Below, piece after piece: positions 28,473 to 39,265 of a stretch of 64,000 nucleotides of DNA. A program made the translations under genes and the position numbers. The notes beneath the pieces were generated by a model that did no database searches, had not been told where the DNA came from, and saw only the letters and a program-made list of their open reading frames with translations. Position 1 is the stretch's first letter; every line of letters begins with the position of its first letter. Source of the stretch: an uncultured Candidatus Saccharibacteria bacterium (GTDB lineage: Bacteria > Patescibacteriota > Minisyncoccia > Phycocordibacterales > Phycocordibacteraceae); assembly GCA_964618705.1 (NCBI GenBank), contig CAZUBJ010000001.1:2050-66049 (forward strand), given 5' to 3'.

Positions 28473-29539
28473 TCAACAATGAACGAGAACTATTCCAAGG
28501 GCTAAAGGATCTCACGCTGTCTGAGAAAGCACGCACACACATGCGGAGTGAACTTTCCGCGTACGCAGATATGCATACCTTGCCAGAGACGGAATCAGCT
28601 CCGTTTAACAGCATCTCATTCGTCACGGGTATCTTTTCTACGTCGCGTCCACTTATGGCGGGTGCTTTTGCAATTATTTTTGTCATAACAAGTACCAGTG
28701 CTACTGCGTTTGCGAGCGAGAAGGCACTGCCGGGTGATGTGTTGTACCCAATAAAGGTCGGCGTTGCAGAGCCTGTTGCAAGCGTGTTCGCAGGAACAGG
28801 TGTAGAGAAGGCGCGTTTTCATGCAAAGCTCGCAGTAAAGCGAGTTGAGGAAGCAAAGATGCTCGAAGAGCGCGGCGCGTTAACTGCGGAACAAGAGACA
28901 GAGCTAACTGAGCGATTTATTGCGGAAGCAGAGCGCGTTGAGACCCTAGCAATCGAGTTTGAAACTCGTGACCCTGGCGCTTCGATAGCAATTCGAAGTG
29001 AACTCGCACAAGAGCTTGATGTGCGTATAGATGAGACTCCAGCTGAAGATGTGTCAGCAACTATGGCTATGGCCGATGAGTCAGAGTCAGCGCTAGCAAC
29101 AACGCGTATGGCGAAGGTGGCGAGTGCGCCGAGAGCAGACGAGCCAGACGTGGTGTCATTCAAGAAAATTGTTTCGCAGAAAGTGGCGTACCTGCGCTCG
29201 CTTCAAAACGATCCGCGAGTGCTAGCTGGTGGAGAAGCACTGCGTGCCCTAGAGAGTGAGGAGTCAGGAGCAGAGAAGTCTGCTGTCGCGTCCCGCGGAC
29301 TTCTCTCGGGTGCTTCAGTGATGCGTGCTGAGGAAACAGCATCAACTTCTGCGAGCTCGACTCCCGAGGCTGGTACCCACTTCATTCGTGCGCTTATAAA
29401 GGCAAAGCAGGAGGCGAAGGACGAGCGAAATCAGAGCGACGAATCTGCTACCACTGAGACGCCAGCACTTGATGCTGCGGAGGTAATCGATGCCGTAAAG
29501 AACCCAGGGAGACTGGTTCCAAAACTGCTCAGTCAGTAA
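28469..29539 (+). CDS. Putative anti-sigma/DUF5667-like membrane protein
   Basis: ATGA-coupled to the sigma gene, with a TM followed by ALPGD.LYPIK..E. Confidence 0.7.
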   Translation: MINNERELFQGLKDLTLSEKARTHMRSELSAYADMHTLPETESAPFNSISFVTGIFSTSRPLMAGAFAIIFVITSTSATAFASEKALPGDVLYPIKVGVAEPVASVFAGTGVEKARFHAKLAVKRVEEAKMLEERGALTAEQETELTERFIAEAERVETLAIEFETRDPGASIAIRSELAQELDVRIDETPAEDVSATMAMADESESALATTRMAKVASAPRADEPDVVSFKKIVSQKVAYLRSLQNDPRVLAGGEALRALESEESGAEKSAVASRGLLSGASVMRAEETASTSASSTPEAGTHFIRALIKAKQEAKDERNQSDESATTETPALDAAEVIDAVKNPGRLVPKLLSQ

Positions 29540-29559
29540 TCTCGTGGTAGGATAGCCCC

Positions 29560-31131
29560 ATGTTCTGGGCAGACCGCATTGCAGACGAAATAATACGAAC
29601 ACGCGCTCCGCGGGATGGGAAATCGTTTCTTATTAGAGACGAGAAGACGCTCTCAGGTCGCGTACACGTGGGAAGTATGCGCGGTGTTGCTATACATGGT
29701 CTTGTACATGAGGCGCTTGCCGCTCGTGGCGTGAAAAGCGAGTACCGCTATGAGTTAAATGACTTTGACCCCTTTGACAGTATCCCTGGCTACCTTGACG
29801 AAGCCGTATTTACTCCGCATTTAGGTAAGCCACTCTACACCGTTCCTTCTCCGGTTGAAGGATACGAAAATTATGCGGAGTACTTTGGTGCGGAGTTTGT
29901 GGCTGTTCATCAGAGGTCAGGTTTTGTACCTACATACTATCGTGCGACCGAATTATATAAGTCGGGAAAGATGGACGAGTGTATCCGCATAGCGCTAACA
30001 CAAGCTGCTGACGTTCGACGCATTTTGAAAGAAGTATCTGGAAGCGTTAAGGACGAATCATGGCTCCCGGTGTCGGTAGTGTGCGAAGCATGCGGAAAGA
30101 TGATGACCACTCGTTCGTTTGATTTCGACGGAGAGACAGTGGGCTATGCGTGTGACAAGGGACCAGACGGTACGGTTCCTTGTGGACATACTGGCCGCGT
30201 GGCCCCATGGAAGGGTGCAGCGAAACTATTCTGGAAGGCTGATTGGGCGGCAAAGTGGGTTGTACAGCAAGTAGATGTCGAGGGTGCAGGTAAGGACCAC
30301 TCCACAAAGGGTGGCTCGCGTGATGCGGCCGCGCACATTGCTCGAGAGCTTTACAACTACGAGCCACCGTTTGATGTACCATACGAGTTTTTCCTTGTTG
30401 GTGGAAAGAAAATGTCTTCATCCAAGGGTAAGGGTTCGTCTGCACATGATATGTGCGCACTCTTCCCTCCGGCAGTGTTCAGACTTGCATTAATTGGCAA
30501 GGACATTAATCAACAAGTAGACGTTGATCCCGAAGGTGACTCTGTTCCGCGTATGTACGACTGGCATGATGATTTGGCGGAGCTGGTGCGGACTGGTGTT
30601 GCAGATGATTTTACGCGGCTCTATGCGTACACTAAGCTGCCAGATGATCGAGCCGAAGGGCATGCGCCATGGATGCTACGTTTCTCCCAAGTTGCTTTCA
30701 TTGCGCAAATGCCTCACATATCGTTGCTTGATGAAGCTACGCGAATCAAAGGCGAAGCACTCACGTCAGAGGAAGTGCTCTTGCTTGAAGAACGTCAGAA
30801 CTATGCGTTGTACTGGCTATCTACCTACGCACCCGAGGCACATCAGTATCGACTACAGGAGCATCTTCCGGAGGGCCTTGAACTCTCGTCCGTGCAACAG
30901 GCCGCACTTCGTACACTTGCGCAGTTTGTTTCTGAGGGGGAACGTACGGGTGAGGAACTGCACGAGAGGTTGCATCAGCTTAAGAGCGAAGTACCAATCC
31001 CACCAAAAGAACTATTCCAAGCACTCTATAAGGTCTTTCTCAATCGCGAGTCCGGACCCAAGGCTGGCTGGTTTCTCTCAGTCCTGCCCCGTGAATACGT
31101 TGTTCGTCAGCTGCAGGCTGCGTGCGCGTAA
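29560..31131 (+). CDS. lysS: Lysine--tRNA ligase, class I
   Basis: MFWAD, SG.VHVG, KL.WK.DW..KW, GKDH...GGS, KMSSSKG and GPK.G motifs. Confidence 0.93.
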   Translation: MFWADRIADEIIRTRAPRDGKSFLIRDEKTLSGRVHVGSMRGVAIHGLVHEALAARGVKSEYRYELNDFDPFDSIPGYLDEAVFTPHLGKPLYTVPSPVEGYENYAEYFGAEFVAVHQRSGFVPTYYRATELYKSGKMDECIRIALTQAADVRRILKEVSGSVKDESWLPVSVVCEACGKMMTTRSFDFDGETVGYACDKGPDGTVPCGHTGRVAPWKGAAKLFWKADWAAKWVVQQVDVEGAGKDHSTKGGSRDAAAHIARELYNYEPPFDVPYEFFLVGGKKMSSSKGKGSSAHDMCALFPPAVFRLALIGKDINQQVDVDPEGDSVPRMYDWHDDLAELVRTGVADDFTRLYAYTKLPDDRAEGHAPWMLRFSQVAFIAQMPHISLLDEATRIKGEALTSEEVLLLEERQNYALYWLSTYAPEAHQYRLQEHLPEGLELSSVQQAALRTLAQFVSEGERTGEELHERLHQLKSEVPIPPKELFQALYKVFLNRESGPKAGWFLSVLPREYVVRQLQAACA

Positions 31132-31197
31132 TAGAGAGCGTTGCTATCCGTCTTATACCTCTGTGGGGACAGTGCTCCCTGGTCTATACTTTTATAC

Positions 31198-31881
31198 ATG
31201 AAACGCTCTACACTCATCATTACGTTGTTTACGGTAGTGCTTGTAGCAATTGCGTGCGGGGCAGCCTGGTACCTCGTCGACTCTAGTCAGCGTGTTGCAG
31301 ACTCGCTCGGTGGGGAAAGTGACAACATTCCGATGACTCCCGGGGACGCTATTTATGTCAGCGGGGACTACGGATTCCTGCTCCAGTACCCGGAAGCAGC
31401 GGCTGTGACAGAGACATTTGCGGCAGGATATCACTTGCCACCAACCTGGCGTGCTACGGCTAGCGCGGATACCGTCGGCACGCCCATCGTCTCGTTTACG
31501 ACCTACACAACAAAAAGCGAGACTAACTATCCGCGATACTTTGACGCCCTCATTCGCATCGGTGCAAGTAAGGACTCAAGAGAAGTCGCTCAGTGCTTGA
31601 AAGCCACAAGCGATCAAGGTGAAGTTGAGCTTACTGACATTGTCATAGGCGGCACTACCTGGAAGGCTTTCTCGTTTGAGAATGCTGGCATGCAGCAGTA
31701 TGTACAGGGGATTTCGTATCGAACCGTACATGAGGGCTCCTGCTTTGCTATAGAGAAGCTTGCGGTCGGTTCTAATTACCGCGAAGGAACGAGCGATCAG
31801 GATATTCCTAAAGCCACGTTGGATGCAGAATATGCGAAGCTCGATAGAATTATCCAGACGTTTACATTCGTAGCACAATAG
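31198..31881 (+). CDS. Hypothetical exported protein
   Basis: N-terminal TM and YGF...YP motif. TATACT precedes the ATG. Confidence 0.7.
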   Translation: MKRSTLIITLFTVVLVAIACGAAWYLVDSSQRVADSLGGESDNIPMTPGDAIYVSGDYGFLLQYPEAAAVTETFAAGYHLPPTWRATASADTVGTPIVSFTTYTTKSETNYPRYFDALIRIGASKDSREVAQCLKATSDQGEVELTDIVIGGTTWKAFSFENAGMQQYVQGISYRTVHEGSCFAIEKLAVGSNYREGTSDQDIPKATLDAEYAKLDRIIQTFTFVAQ

Positions 31882-31892
31882 CCACACAAGAT

Positions 31893-32231
31893 ATGAACAT
31901 TGTCCATTTCATCGTTTCAGTCGTTGCCATTCTGGTAGCGTCCTACATCGTGCCAAATACCGAAGTAACCTTGGTTGGTGCCATCATCCTTGCGATTGTG
32001 CTTGGTGTTCTTAATCTCTTTGTAAAGCCGATTCTGACCATCCTCACACTTCCGATTACCATACTGACGCTCGGTTTATTCTCCCTCGTAATTAATGCAG
32101 GACTCGTGTTACTTGCGGACGCAATTGTGCCCGACTTCTCTGTGGGTGGCTTCTGGATAGCGGTCCTCTTCTCTGTCGTACTCTCGCTCGTGAATGCGTT
32201 CTTCCACCTCATTCTTCGTAACACTGATTAG
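31893..32231 (+). CDS. Phage holin family (YvlD-like) 4-TM protein
   Basis: LN.FVKPIL.ILTLP..ILTLGLF..VINA motif. Confidence 0.88.
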   Translation: MNIVHFIVSVVAILVASYIVPNTEVTLVGAIILAIVLGVLNLFVKPILTILTLPITILTLGLFSLVINAGLVLLADAIVPDFSVGGFWIAVLFSVVLSLVNAFFHLILRNTD

Positions 32232-32289
32232 TGCAACTGTGTATAGATAGACACCCGTATACGGCACAACGTGCCGTATACTAGGGAGT

Positions 32290-35031
32290 ATGGAAGGGCC
32301 AATACAGCAGGTAACCTCTCCCGAGGAGGAACTCGCATATCTGCGTGCTCAAATTGCTGCGAAAGAGCAAGAACTTGTATCGCTACGCGAAGAAAAACCG
32401 CGAACAGAAATTGCTCGCGAGCGTATCGTGCATCACCGTATCGCAACGCCAGACGAAGTATTTCATCCAACCTACGTAATGCCGGTAGCAGAGACGGAGC
32501 GTGCAGCCCACACGCTGTCGCTTAATTTGGACCCCGCGAGCACCGACGCGAGCATCGAAGAGTTGCGGGGCATTATGGAGACAAAGGGAGTGCGTAATGC
32601 CATGGCGGTGCTTGATAAGGTTGGAAGCCCGCACCTGGACGACGATTTCCATCGCTTCCTCGTGCAGTACTTACTTGCTGGCATGCCAATACAGGGCATC
32701 GGTGAGAATCAACCAGAGTGGAAGGCGCTTCACATGACCCTCTATGAGATATCACTTCCTGAAAAGAAGGGGGATGATGGTAATAATCGAATCCGCCCGC
32801 TGCGCGAATTGGTTTCGAGCATGGAGCAGTTCTATTCAGGCATGCTGGGGCTTGAAAGCGCGCACGCAGGAGAGTTGTCCTATATGACGCTCGAGCTTGC
32901 GGTGCCTGTGGACCGCTCGCATCTCATGTTCTATGCAGCGGTGCCGAATTCTCGCCGCGACTTGTTTGAGAAGCAGCTAACCGCCGTGTTCCCGGGCGCC
33001 GTTGCTACCATTCAGCCGAACGATTACAACGTGTTTGTGGACGGCGGCACCGCCATGGGAGCAGTGGCCGAGTTTAAGGATCAGCCAATGCTGCCACTGA
33101 AGGACTATCAGGATTTTGACTACGACCCCATCAATGCACTTTTGAATGCGTTTGCAAAAATTGCTCCGGAGGATGAGGGCGCATCGCTCCAGATTGTGTT
33201 CAAGCCAGTGGGGCATCACTACGTCGAGCATTATCGACGCATTTTGCATCAGCTTCGCAAGGGTGAGCATCGTGGACGTGCGTTCAATCTCCCAGAAACA
33301 TTCGTTGGGGACTTTGCGCGTGAAGCAGCGAGTCTTTTTATACCGAAGCAGACACACAACGAGCAACGCCCAGTAGACGAAGCTGCCGTAGAACAAGTTG
33401 AAAAGAAGGTGGCAGCGCCTATTGTTGCAACCAATATTCGCATCGTCGCTTCCTCGATGGACGCGCATCGTGCTGAGCAGATGCTCACTGAGCTAGAGGC
33501 ACCGTTTCATCAGTTTGAGAACACGAAGGGTAACCGTATAGAATTTAAACGTCCAGGTAAGGGCGGGTTAAAGCGATTCTTCCGCGACTTCTCGTTCCGA
33601 CTTTACGAGAAGGCAACAAACATGCCGTTATCACTGCGCGAGTTGACCACGCTCTACCATTTCCCACCACAAGGCATTGAATCATCGCCGCACCTTAAGC
33701 AATCACGTGCGGCAAGCGCTCCAGCACCTATCGGCTTACCTGCCGAGGGCACAATCATTGGTACAAACGATTACCGTGGCGTTACTACCGAGGTACGCAT
33801 TTCACCTGAGGATCGTTTGCGTCACTTATACGTGATTGGACAGACCGGTTCCGGAAAGTCGGGTATGTTGCGTACCTTGATTGATCAAGATATTCGCGCA
33901 GGAAATGGTGTGTGTTTCATTGATCCGCACGGTAACGACGTCGTAGACATATTGGCCAGCATCCCGCCTGAGCGCTATGAGGACGTCATTTACTTTGACC
34001 CAGCAAACATCGAGCGTCCGTTCGGTCTTAATATGCTGGAGTACGATCCAGCACGCCCTGAGCAAAAGTCATTTATTGTGAACGAACTCCTCATGATTTT
34101 CCGTCAGCTCTATGGTGATGTGCCGGAGAGTATGGGTCCTGCGTTCGAGCAGTATTTCCGTAATGCAACTCAGCTCGTGATGGAGGACCCGAGTTCTGGC
34201 TCGACACTCATGGATATTGGTCGCGTGCTTTCCGACGCCTCCTTCCGTAATCTGAAGCTCTCGCGCAGTAACAACCCCGTAGTGAATCAGTTTTGGACTG
34301 AGATTGCGACGAAGGCAGAGGGTGAGGCGAGTTTGCAGAACATTGTGCCGTACATCACCAACAAGTTTGACGAGTTTACCGGCAGTGACTTCATGCGTCC
34401 TATCATTGGTCAGCAGGAATCTTCGTTTAAATTCCGTGAGCTAATCGACAGCAAGAAGATTTTGCTCGTGAATCTTTCAAAAGGTCGCCTAGGGGAGCGC
34501 AATGCGAACCTACTCGGTCTCATCATTGTGGGCAAACTCTTCATGGCTGCGCTTTCGCGCGCAGACTCTGTAGGTACAAACTTCCCACCCTTCTATCTCT
34601 ATATCGATGAGTTCCAGAACATAACCACGTCGTCTATCCCTGGCATTCTCTCAGAAGCTCGCAAGTACAAACTATCGCTTACTGTTGCGCACCAGTACCT
34701 TGCTCAGATTGACGAGAAGATTCGTGGTGCGGTATTTGGTAACGTTGGCAATATGGCGGTGTTCCGTGTGGGCGAGGAAGACGGTGAGTTCTTTGCAAAG
34801 CAGTTCGCGCCAGTATTCACTGCGCTCGACTTCGTAAATACAGAGAATCGCAACGCATACGTTAGAATTCTTGCAAATGGTATGCCGCAGAAGCCGTTCA
34901 ATATAAAAACTATTGATCTGCGGCCGGGCAATCCAGACCAAGTGGATGACCTTAGGCAGTTGTCGTTCCTGACCTATGGGCGAGACCGTGCTACCGTTGA
35001 GGGTATAATTAGGGCACGATACTTATCATAA
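32290..35031 (+). CDS. VirD4/TraD-like coupling ATPase
   Basis: DR.RH.YVIGQTGSGKS, IDPHG, LYIDEFQN and LSEARKY.L.L..AHQ motifs. Confidence 0.85.
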   Translation: MEGPIQQVTSPEEELAYLRAQIAAKEQELVSLREEKPRTEIARERIVHHRIATPDEVFHPTYVMPVAETERAAHTLSLNLDPASTDASIEELRGIMETKGVRNAMAVLDKVGSPHLDDDFHRFLVQYLLAGMPIQGIGENQPEWKALHMTLYEISLPEKKGDDGNNRIRPLRELVSSMEQFYSGMLGLESAHAGELSYMTLELAVPVDRSHLMFYAAVPNSRRDLFEKQLTAVFPGAVATIQPNDYNVFVDGGTAMGAVAEFKDQPMLPLKDYQDFDYDPINALLNAFAKIAPEDEGASLQIVFKPVGHHYVEHYRRILHQLRKGEHRGRAFNLPETFVGDFAREAASLFIPKQTHNEQRPVDEAAVEQVEKKVAAPIVATNIRIVASSMDAHRAEQMLTELEAPFHQFENTKGNRIEFKRPGKGGLKRFFRDFSFRLYEKATNMPLSLRELTTLYHFPPQGIESSPHLKQSRAASAPAPIGLPAEGTIIGTNDYRGVTTEVRISPEDRLRHLYVIGQTGSGKSGMLRTLIDQDIRAGNGVCFIDPHGNDVVDILASIPPERYEDVIYFDPANIERPFGLNMLEYDPARPEQKSFIVNELLMIFRQLYGDVPESMGPAFEQYFRNATQLVMEDPSSGSTLMDIGRVLSDASFRNLKLSRSNNPVVNQFWTEIATKAEGEASLQNIVPYITNKFDEFTGSDFMRPIIGQQESSFKFRELIDSKKILLVNLSKGRLGERNANLLGLIIVGKLFMAALSRADSVGTNFPPFYLYIDEFQNITTSSIPGILSEARKYKLSLTVAHQYLAQIDEKIRGAVFGNVGNMAVFRVGEEDGEFFAKQFAPVFTALDFVNTENRNAYVRILANGMPQKPFNIKTIDLRPGNPDQVDDLRQLSFLTYGRDRATVEGIIRARYLS

Positions 35032-35042
35032 TTATTTAGCGT

Positions 35043-38000
35043 ATGGCACGAACCCCGGGTGAGAATCCTCCACGACCAGTTACTAGCCTAACTGGAGAAA
35101 CAGGTAAAGAACTAGTCAAGGACGTGCCAGAGTCTAGTGTTATACCCCAATCCACTCCAGCTTTACCAATTACGGCTAAAGGCGACAAACTCGTTGTAAC
35201 GGTTACTCGTCCGAAGGGAGCGGCGGAAGCTGACACAGCGAAGACGCGACGCGGCACAAGCGGCGGCAAGAAAGACTTGCCACGTCAGCGCGGGAAGAAG
35301 AAACTGGTAATAGCAGAGGGATTGCCAGATCAGGAGCCACTAGTCTTAGGTGACACTATATCAGAACAGGAAGTTGTCATGGGGGCCGCCAAACAATCAT
35401 TCTTGGGCGGTGTTGCTAAGAAGATCAGCGGAAAGAAGCTTCCTAAATACAGTGAAGAGCAGCTCGCGGTGCGCGAACAGCTTAGAACGGCTAAAGAAAG
35501 CACAGAAGGCGTTTCTTTGAAGGATGAATCTGACGCTACCCTCATTTCACTGCGAGACAGAGATCCTGAGCCAGAGAGTATGCCCGCTATGCGCACTACA
35601 CACAACACTCCCATGAGTGAGATATTCGGTAACGCTCCTGTGAACCCGCTCTCACCAGACGTTAACCTTGGAGAAGTTAAAGATGAGCTTAGAAGGCAGA
35701 TTACCGATGAGCAGGCACGGCTAGAGACTGAAGGGAACACGGCAGCAGAGCCACCCGCAAGGAGGAAGGAGACTGCAAAAGAAGTTAAGGAGCGCCTTGC
35801 GCGCAAGGCTGGAGGAGAAAAAGCAAACGCAGAATATCTACAGAAGGACGCGGAGCTCGGTGCCGCAGAACTTGATCGAAAGAATGCGTACTTTGCAGCG
35901 CTCGTGGAATTCCAGAAGAGCCGCTCTATGGGGGATGCTCTTTCGGAGCGACTTGGTGCCAAGTCTGCTGACAAAGTAGAAATGACCGAAGAACTAAAGG
36001 CACTGAAGAAGGAATGGGTACAGTCGAGTAAGGTGCGCGCCAAGAACAGGTTTGATAGTGTGCTGGCTCGTCGCGAAGGTCGCGGTGGTGAGGAGCGACA
36101 GGCTAGAGATACTGAAGCAGTTCTGAGGCGATTTGAGCGTCGTTATGTGCTTCGCGAGGCAGTATTTAAAACCTCCCAGGAGGAAGCTTCTGTGCGAGCA
36201 CGGGCATTAAGTGAGCGCGATAGCCACATTGTCGAGAAGACAGTAAATGGCTTCGCAAATCACTCACTCGTAAAGAAGTGGGGTTCCAAAGCACTACTAG
36301 GTCTCACGACAGTGGGTGTTGGTGGCGGATTGGTTGGCGCCGCATTTACGGTTGGTGCGGGTGCTGTCTTGCCAATACCGTTAGCGATTATTCTTGCCGG
36401 TAGTACCGTGTCTGCTGGGCTCCGTATCCGTGCTGAGCTGCTGAAAGATAAGACTCAGGATCTTGCTGAAAAGGCAAAAGACGCAACAGGAGAAGATAAA
36501 CGAAATATTCTTGACGAAGTAAGGAAGGCACAAGCCAGTCAAGAGAAAGCTCAGAAATGGGCATCACGCCTTACTCTCTCCGGCTGGGCTGGTGGAGCTG
36601 CGAAGTGGTTTACAAGGGATGTGGTCCAGAAGGCAACACGTGACTCAGCAACTCGCAAGGACGCACTTGGTAATATTGGCGGACGAGTAGATGTTGACTG
36701 GAATAGTCAGGATGACTTTGAGCTGCTACGAGAAGAGATTGACGCAGCCACTGCACGCGTGCAACAGGCTGATGTACACCTAGGGTACGCAACTACGGTG
36801 GGTAGTATAGCTGGAGGTGCTGCGCTCGGAGCCGGTGTTGGGTACGCATACTCACACGCAGACGATGTTGTGCGGGCAGCCTCGCCAGTCGTTGATGCTG
36901 GTATCGACAAGGCCGGCGACGCCTTCGATTCTGCAAAGGAATGGACGGGTGGCGCCTCTCACTCAGCAAAGGAGTGGCTAGGCGACCATATTCCTGGACA
37001 GCACGACACCGACGCGGCACCATCCGGCGCGTTGAAAGCCGAGGTTGATAAGGGAGCGCCAGCAGGTGGGGGCGATGCTCCTGCAGCAAAGGCAGACACT
37101 GCGCCTGTAGAAGCGAAAGTCGACACTGCCCCTGCTGCTAAGGTTGATACTGACACTGCGAAAGCTGACGCTGCTCCTGCAGCGAAAGCAGATGTCGTGC
37201 CTGCTCCGGCTGTGCCTAAGGTGGAAGCAACCCCTACTGCTCCAGACGGACTTATGGCAGGTGTTGAGGTTAAGCCAGGACAGGGATTTGGAGAAATGAT
37301 TGTGGCGCTTCGCGGACAGATTCCGGATGATATTCAGAATCCTTCACCTGCGCTTGAGCATGTACTAAACAGCAATGCAAACGCGCTCACGCACGAGTTA
37401 GAAGTTGCTATGGATGGCAAGAGTCTTGTAATGCAACCGGGTGACAAATTCTTTGTCGACAACGACCAGAATATTTGGTTCCAGCAGGTAGGAGAGAAGC
37501 AGCCACACTTGGCGTTTGAGAACGTGACACCGTCGCCAGAGCATCCAGACGGATACGTAGCGCACCCCATTGATGGGAAGATGATGGCAGATCCGGTTCT
37601 CCCTACTCCAAAAGTGGTTGCGGAATCAGTACCAACAACACCGGGCGCTGCCTCTGACATTGTTATCACATCAGGAAACGAAGACATTACTGTGGGTGAC
37701 GTGACCATCTCGCAGGGTGGAGGAATTGTTGACCCATCGCTAGTGTCTACTGGCCCAGAGCAGCTCGTGGTTAACCCAGTTGATTCAGGTCAGGACGTTA
37801 AGCCACTCGTGCAGCCGGAGAAACTAGATACCACCATACCAGCGACCGATGCGCAGGCTCCTGCAGAGGCTCCCAAGGCTGATGCGCCAGCACCTGCGCC
37901 TGAAGTTCAGGCTCCGAAGTTAGAGATTGTGGGCACTGCACATCCGTTTGCAGATCCTGCCGCTGGTCAGGACCTTAATCCGAACGGTGTGGACTTAAAT

Positions 38001-38303
38001 AAGCCCCAGATTCTTGTGAATGAGGGAAGGGTCTGGGCTCACGGTACAAATAATGTAGATAGCTACAATCGTGCAGTTGAGGAATCGCTACGACTAGCAA
38101 AGTTGCCTGGCGCAGCGTCAACGGACGTGTACTTTGTGGTTGAGGGCGTGAATCCTGATACCGGCCAAGCTGAGCTGGTGGTCAGAAAACTTAGCACACC
38201 GCCAGATTCTGTTACCCCGCTTGTTGCGCAATTTGGCCCCGGATCAAAACCTGTCGCTGATCTGCCAGACGCCAGCAAATTTACTCTTCCGACAAAGCGC
38301 TAA
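35043..38303 (+). CDS. Large hypothetical protein (coiled-coil, Gly-rich hydrophobic segments, Ala/Pro/Asp repeats)
   Basis: 1086 aa ORF starting 11 nt after the coupling ATPase. Confidence 0.75.
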   Translation: MARTPGENPPRPVTSLTGETGKELVKDVPESSVIPQSTPALPITAKGDKLVVTVTRPKGAAEADTAKTRRGTSGGKKDLPRQRGKKKLVIAEGLPDQEPLVLGDTISEQEVVMGAAKQSFLGGVAKKISGKKLPKYSEEQLAVREQLRTAKESTEGVSLKDESDATLISLRDRDPEPESMPAMRTTHNTPMSEIFGNAPVNPLSPDVNLGEVKDELRRQITDEQARLETEGNTAAEPPARRKETAKEVKERLARKAGGEKANAEYLQKDAELGAAELDRKNAYFAALVEFQKSRSMGDALSERLGAKSADKVEMTEELKALKKEWVQSSKVRAKNRFDSVLARREGRGGEERQARDTEAVLRRFERRYVLREAVFKTSQEEASVRARALSERDSHIVEKTVNGFANHSLVKKWGSKALLGLTTVGVGGGLVGAAFTVGAGAVLPIPLAIILAGSTVSAGLRIRAELLKDKTQDLAEKAKDATGEDKRNILDEVRKAQASQEKAQKWASRLTLSGWAGGAAKWFTRDVVQKATRDSATRKDALGNIGGRVDVDWNSQDDFELLREEIDAATARVQQADVHLGYATTVGSIAGGAALGAGVGYAYSHADDVVRAASPVVDAGIDKAGDAFDSAKEWTGGASHSAKEWLGDHIPGQHDTDAAPSGALKAEVDKGAPAGGGDAPAAKADTAPVEAKVDTAPAAKVDTDTAKADAAPAAKADVVPAPAVPKVEATPTAPDGLMAGVEVKPGQGFGEMIVALRGQIPDDIQNPSPALEHVLNSNANALTHELEVAMDGKSLVMQPGDKFFVDNDQNIWFQQVGEKQPHLAFENVTPSPEHPDGYVAHPIDGKMMADPVLPTPKVVAESVPTTPGAASDIVITSGNEDITVGDVTISQGGGIVDPSLVSTGPEQLVVNPVDSGQDVKPLVQPEKLDTTIPATDAQAPAEAPKADAPAPAPEVQAPKLEIVGTAHPFADPAAGQDLNPNGVDLNKPQILVNEGRVWAHGTNNVDSYNRAVEESLRLAKLPGAASTDVYFVVEGVNPDTGQAELVVRKLSTPPDSVTPLVAQFGPGSKPVADLPDASKFTLPTKR

Positions 38304-38312
38304 TATTCGACC

Positions 38313-38621
38313 ATGACTGACACCACAAAATTCCAACGACTTATAGAAGCGCTCGAGCTCGACGAGCTTGCTCCTGGAGAAGAGCAGGATGAATTGCTCA
38401 CCGACTTAAACGCAGCAATCTTCAAAAGCTCGCTCGTGCGTATGATTGAGAGTATGGACGAGAAGACGCGTGAGGAGTTCGCAACGCTCATGGAGAATGA
38501 GGCGAGCGAGGAGGAGCTTGAAAAGTTTCTGGCAGAGAAAGTTCCTGGCGCTGAGAAGGCAATTGAGGAGGCGGTCGCTTCTATTGCTGATGATATACTT
38601 GCCGTGTCAGACACCGATTAA
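38313..38621 (+). CDS. Acidic helical protein (DUF5663-like)
   Basis: 'L.LD.L...EQ.ELL..L...I' pattern seen in CPR small proteins. Confidence 0.65.
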   Translation: MTDTTKFQRLIEALELDELAPGEEQDELLTDLNAAIFKSSLVRMIESMDEKTREEFATLMENEASEEELEKFLAEKVPGAEKAIEEAVASIADDILAVSDTD

Positions 38622-38647
38622 TCCTATTTGCCCATAGCATCACTGGT

Positions 38648-39178
38648 ATGAATGTCACTGGAACAGGAGTTGCCGTTGCCGTAGCAATTGTCGTCGTAGG
38701 AGGCTTCCTCTTTTTTGGAAGTTCTATTCTAGGATTCTTTGCTCCGCAGCAGGTACTAGGAGAGCCCGAGTTTGCCACTACTACCCTTAGCATGCAAGAA
38801 TCACAGTCTATGAATACAGAAGAATCAGCCGGAGGACTCCCGCAGGAACTCCCAACAACCCTTACCGTTAAGGATACGGTGGTGGGAACTGGGGCAGAAG
38901 CAGTAGCAGGTAAGTCAGTCACTGTGCACTACCTTGGTATGTTGCCAGACGGTACGGTATTTGATGGCTCAAAGAAGCGTGGACAGCCGTTCACCTTCAC
39001 ACTTGGTGCAGGCCAGGTAATTGCAGGATGGGACCAGGGTGTCGCTGGTATGAAAGTTGGTGGAACACGCCAGCTCATCATCCCACCAGATATGGGCTAT
39101 GGAGCACAAGGAGCTGGAGGAGTTATTCCCCCAAACGCAACACTTATCTTTGAAGTTGAGTTGCTTGAAGTGAAGTAA
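38648..39178 (+). CDS. FKBP-type peptidyl-prolyl isomerase
   Basis: VHY.G.L.DG..FD.S, VI.GWD.G..GMKVGG.R and IPPNATL.FEVELL motifs. Confidence 0.95.
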   Translation: MNVTGTGVAVAVAIVVVGGFLFFGSSILGFFAPQQVLGEPEFATTTLSMQESQSMNTEESAGGLPQELPTTLTVKDTVVGTGAEAVAGKSVTVHYLGMLPDGTVFDGSKKRGQPFTFTLGAGQVIAGWDQGVAGMKVGGTRQLIIPPDMGYGAQGAGGVIPPNATLIFEVELLEVK

Positions 39179-39265
39179 TAGAGAGTCGCATATAAAAAGA
39201 AATCGCGCGTGTGGCCGGGGGCCGCACGCGCGATGTTCTGTTCTAGACCCAGAAGGTCAGAACAG

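Noticed and set aside
31893-35031. Prophage or conjugative element suggested by the holin-family gene and VirD4-like ATPase
   Set aside because: No phage structural genes, relaxase, integrase or att repeats. Both families occur as chromosomal genes.
37060-37220. Possible CRISPR or DNA tandem repeat
   Set aside because: Degenerate coding repeats of an Ala/Pro/Asp linker, with no constant repeat-spacer pattern and no cas genes.
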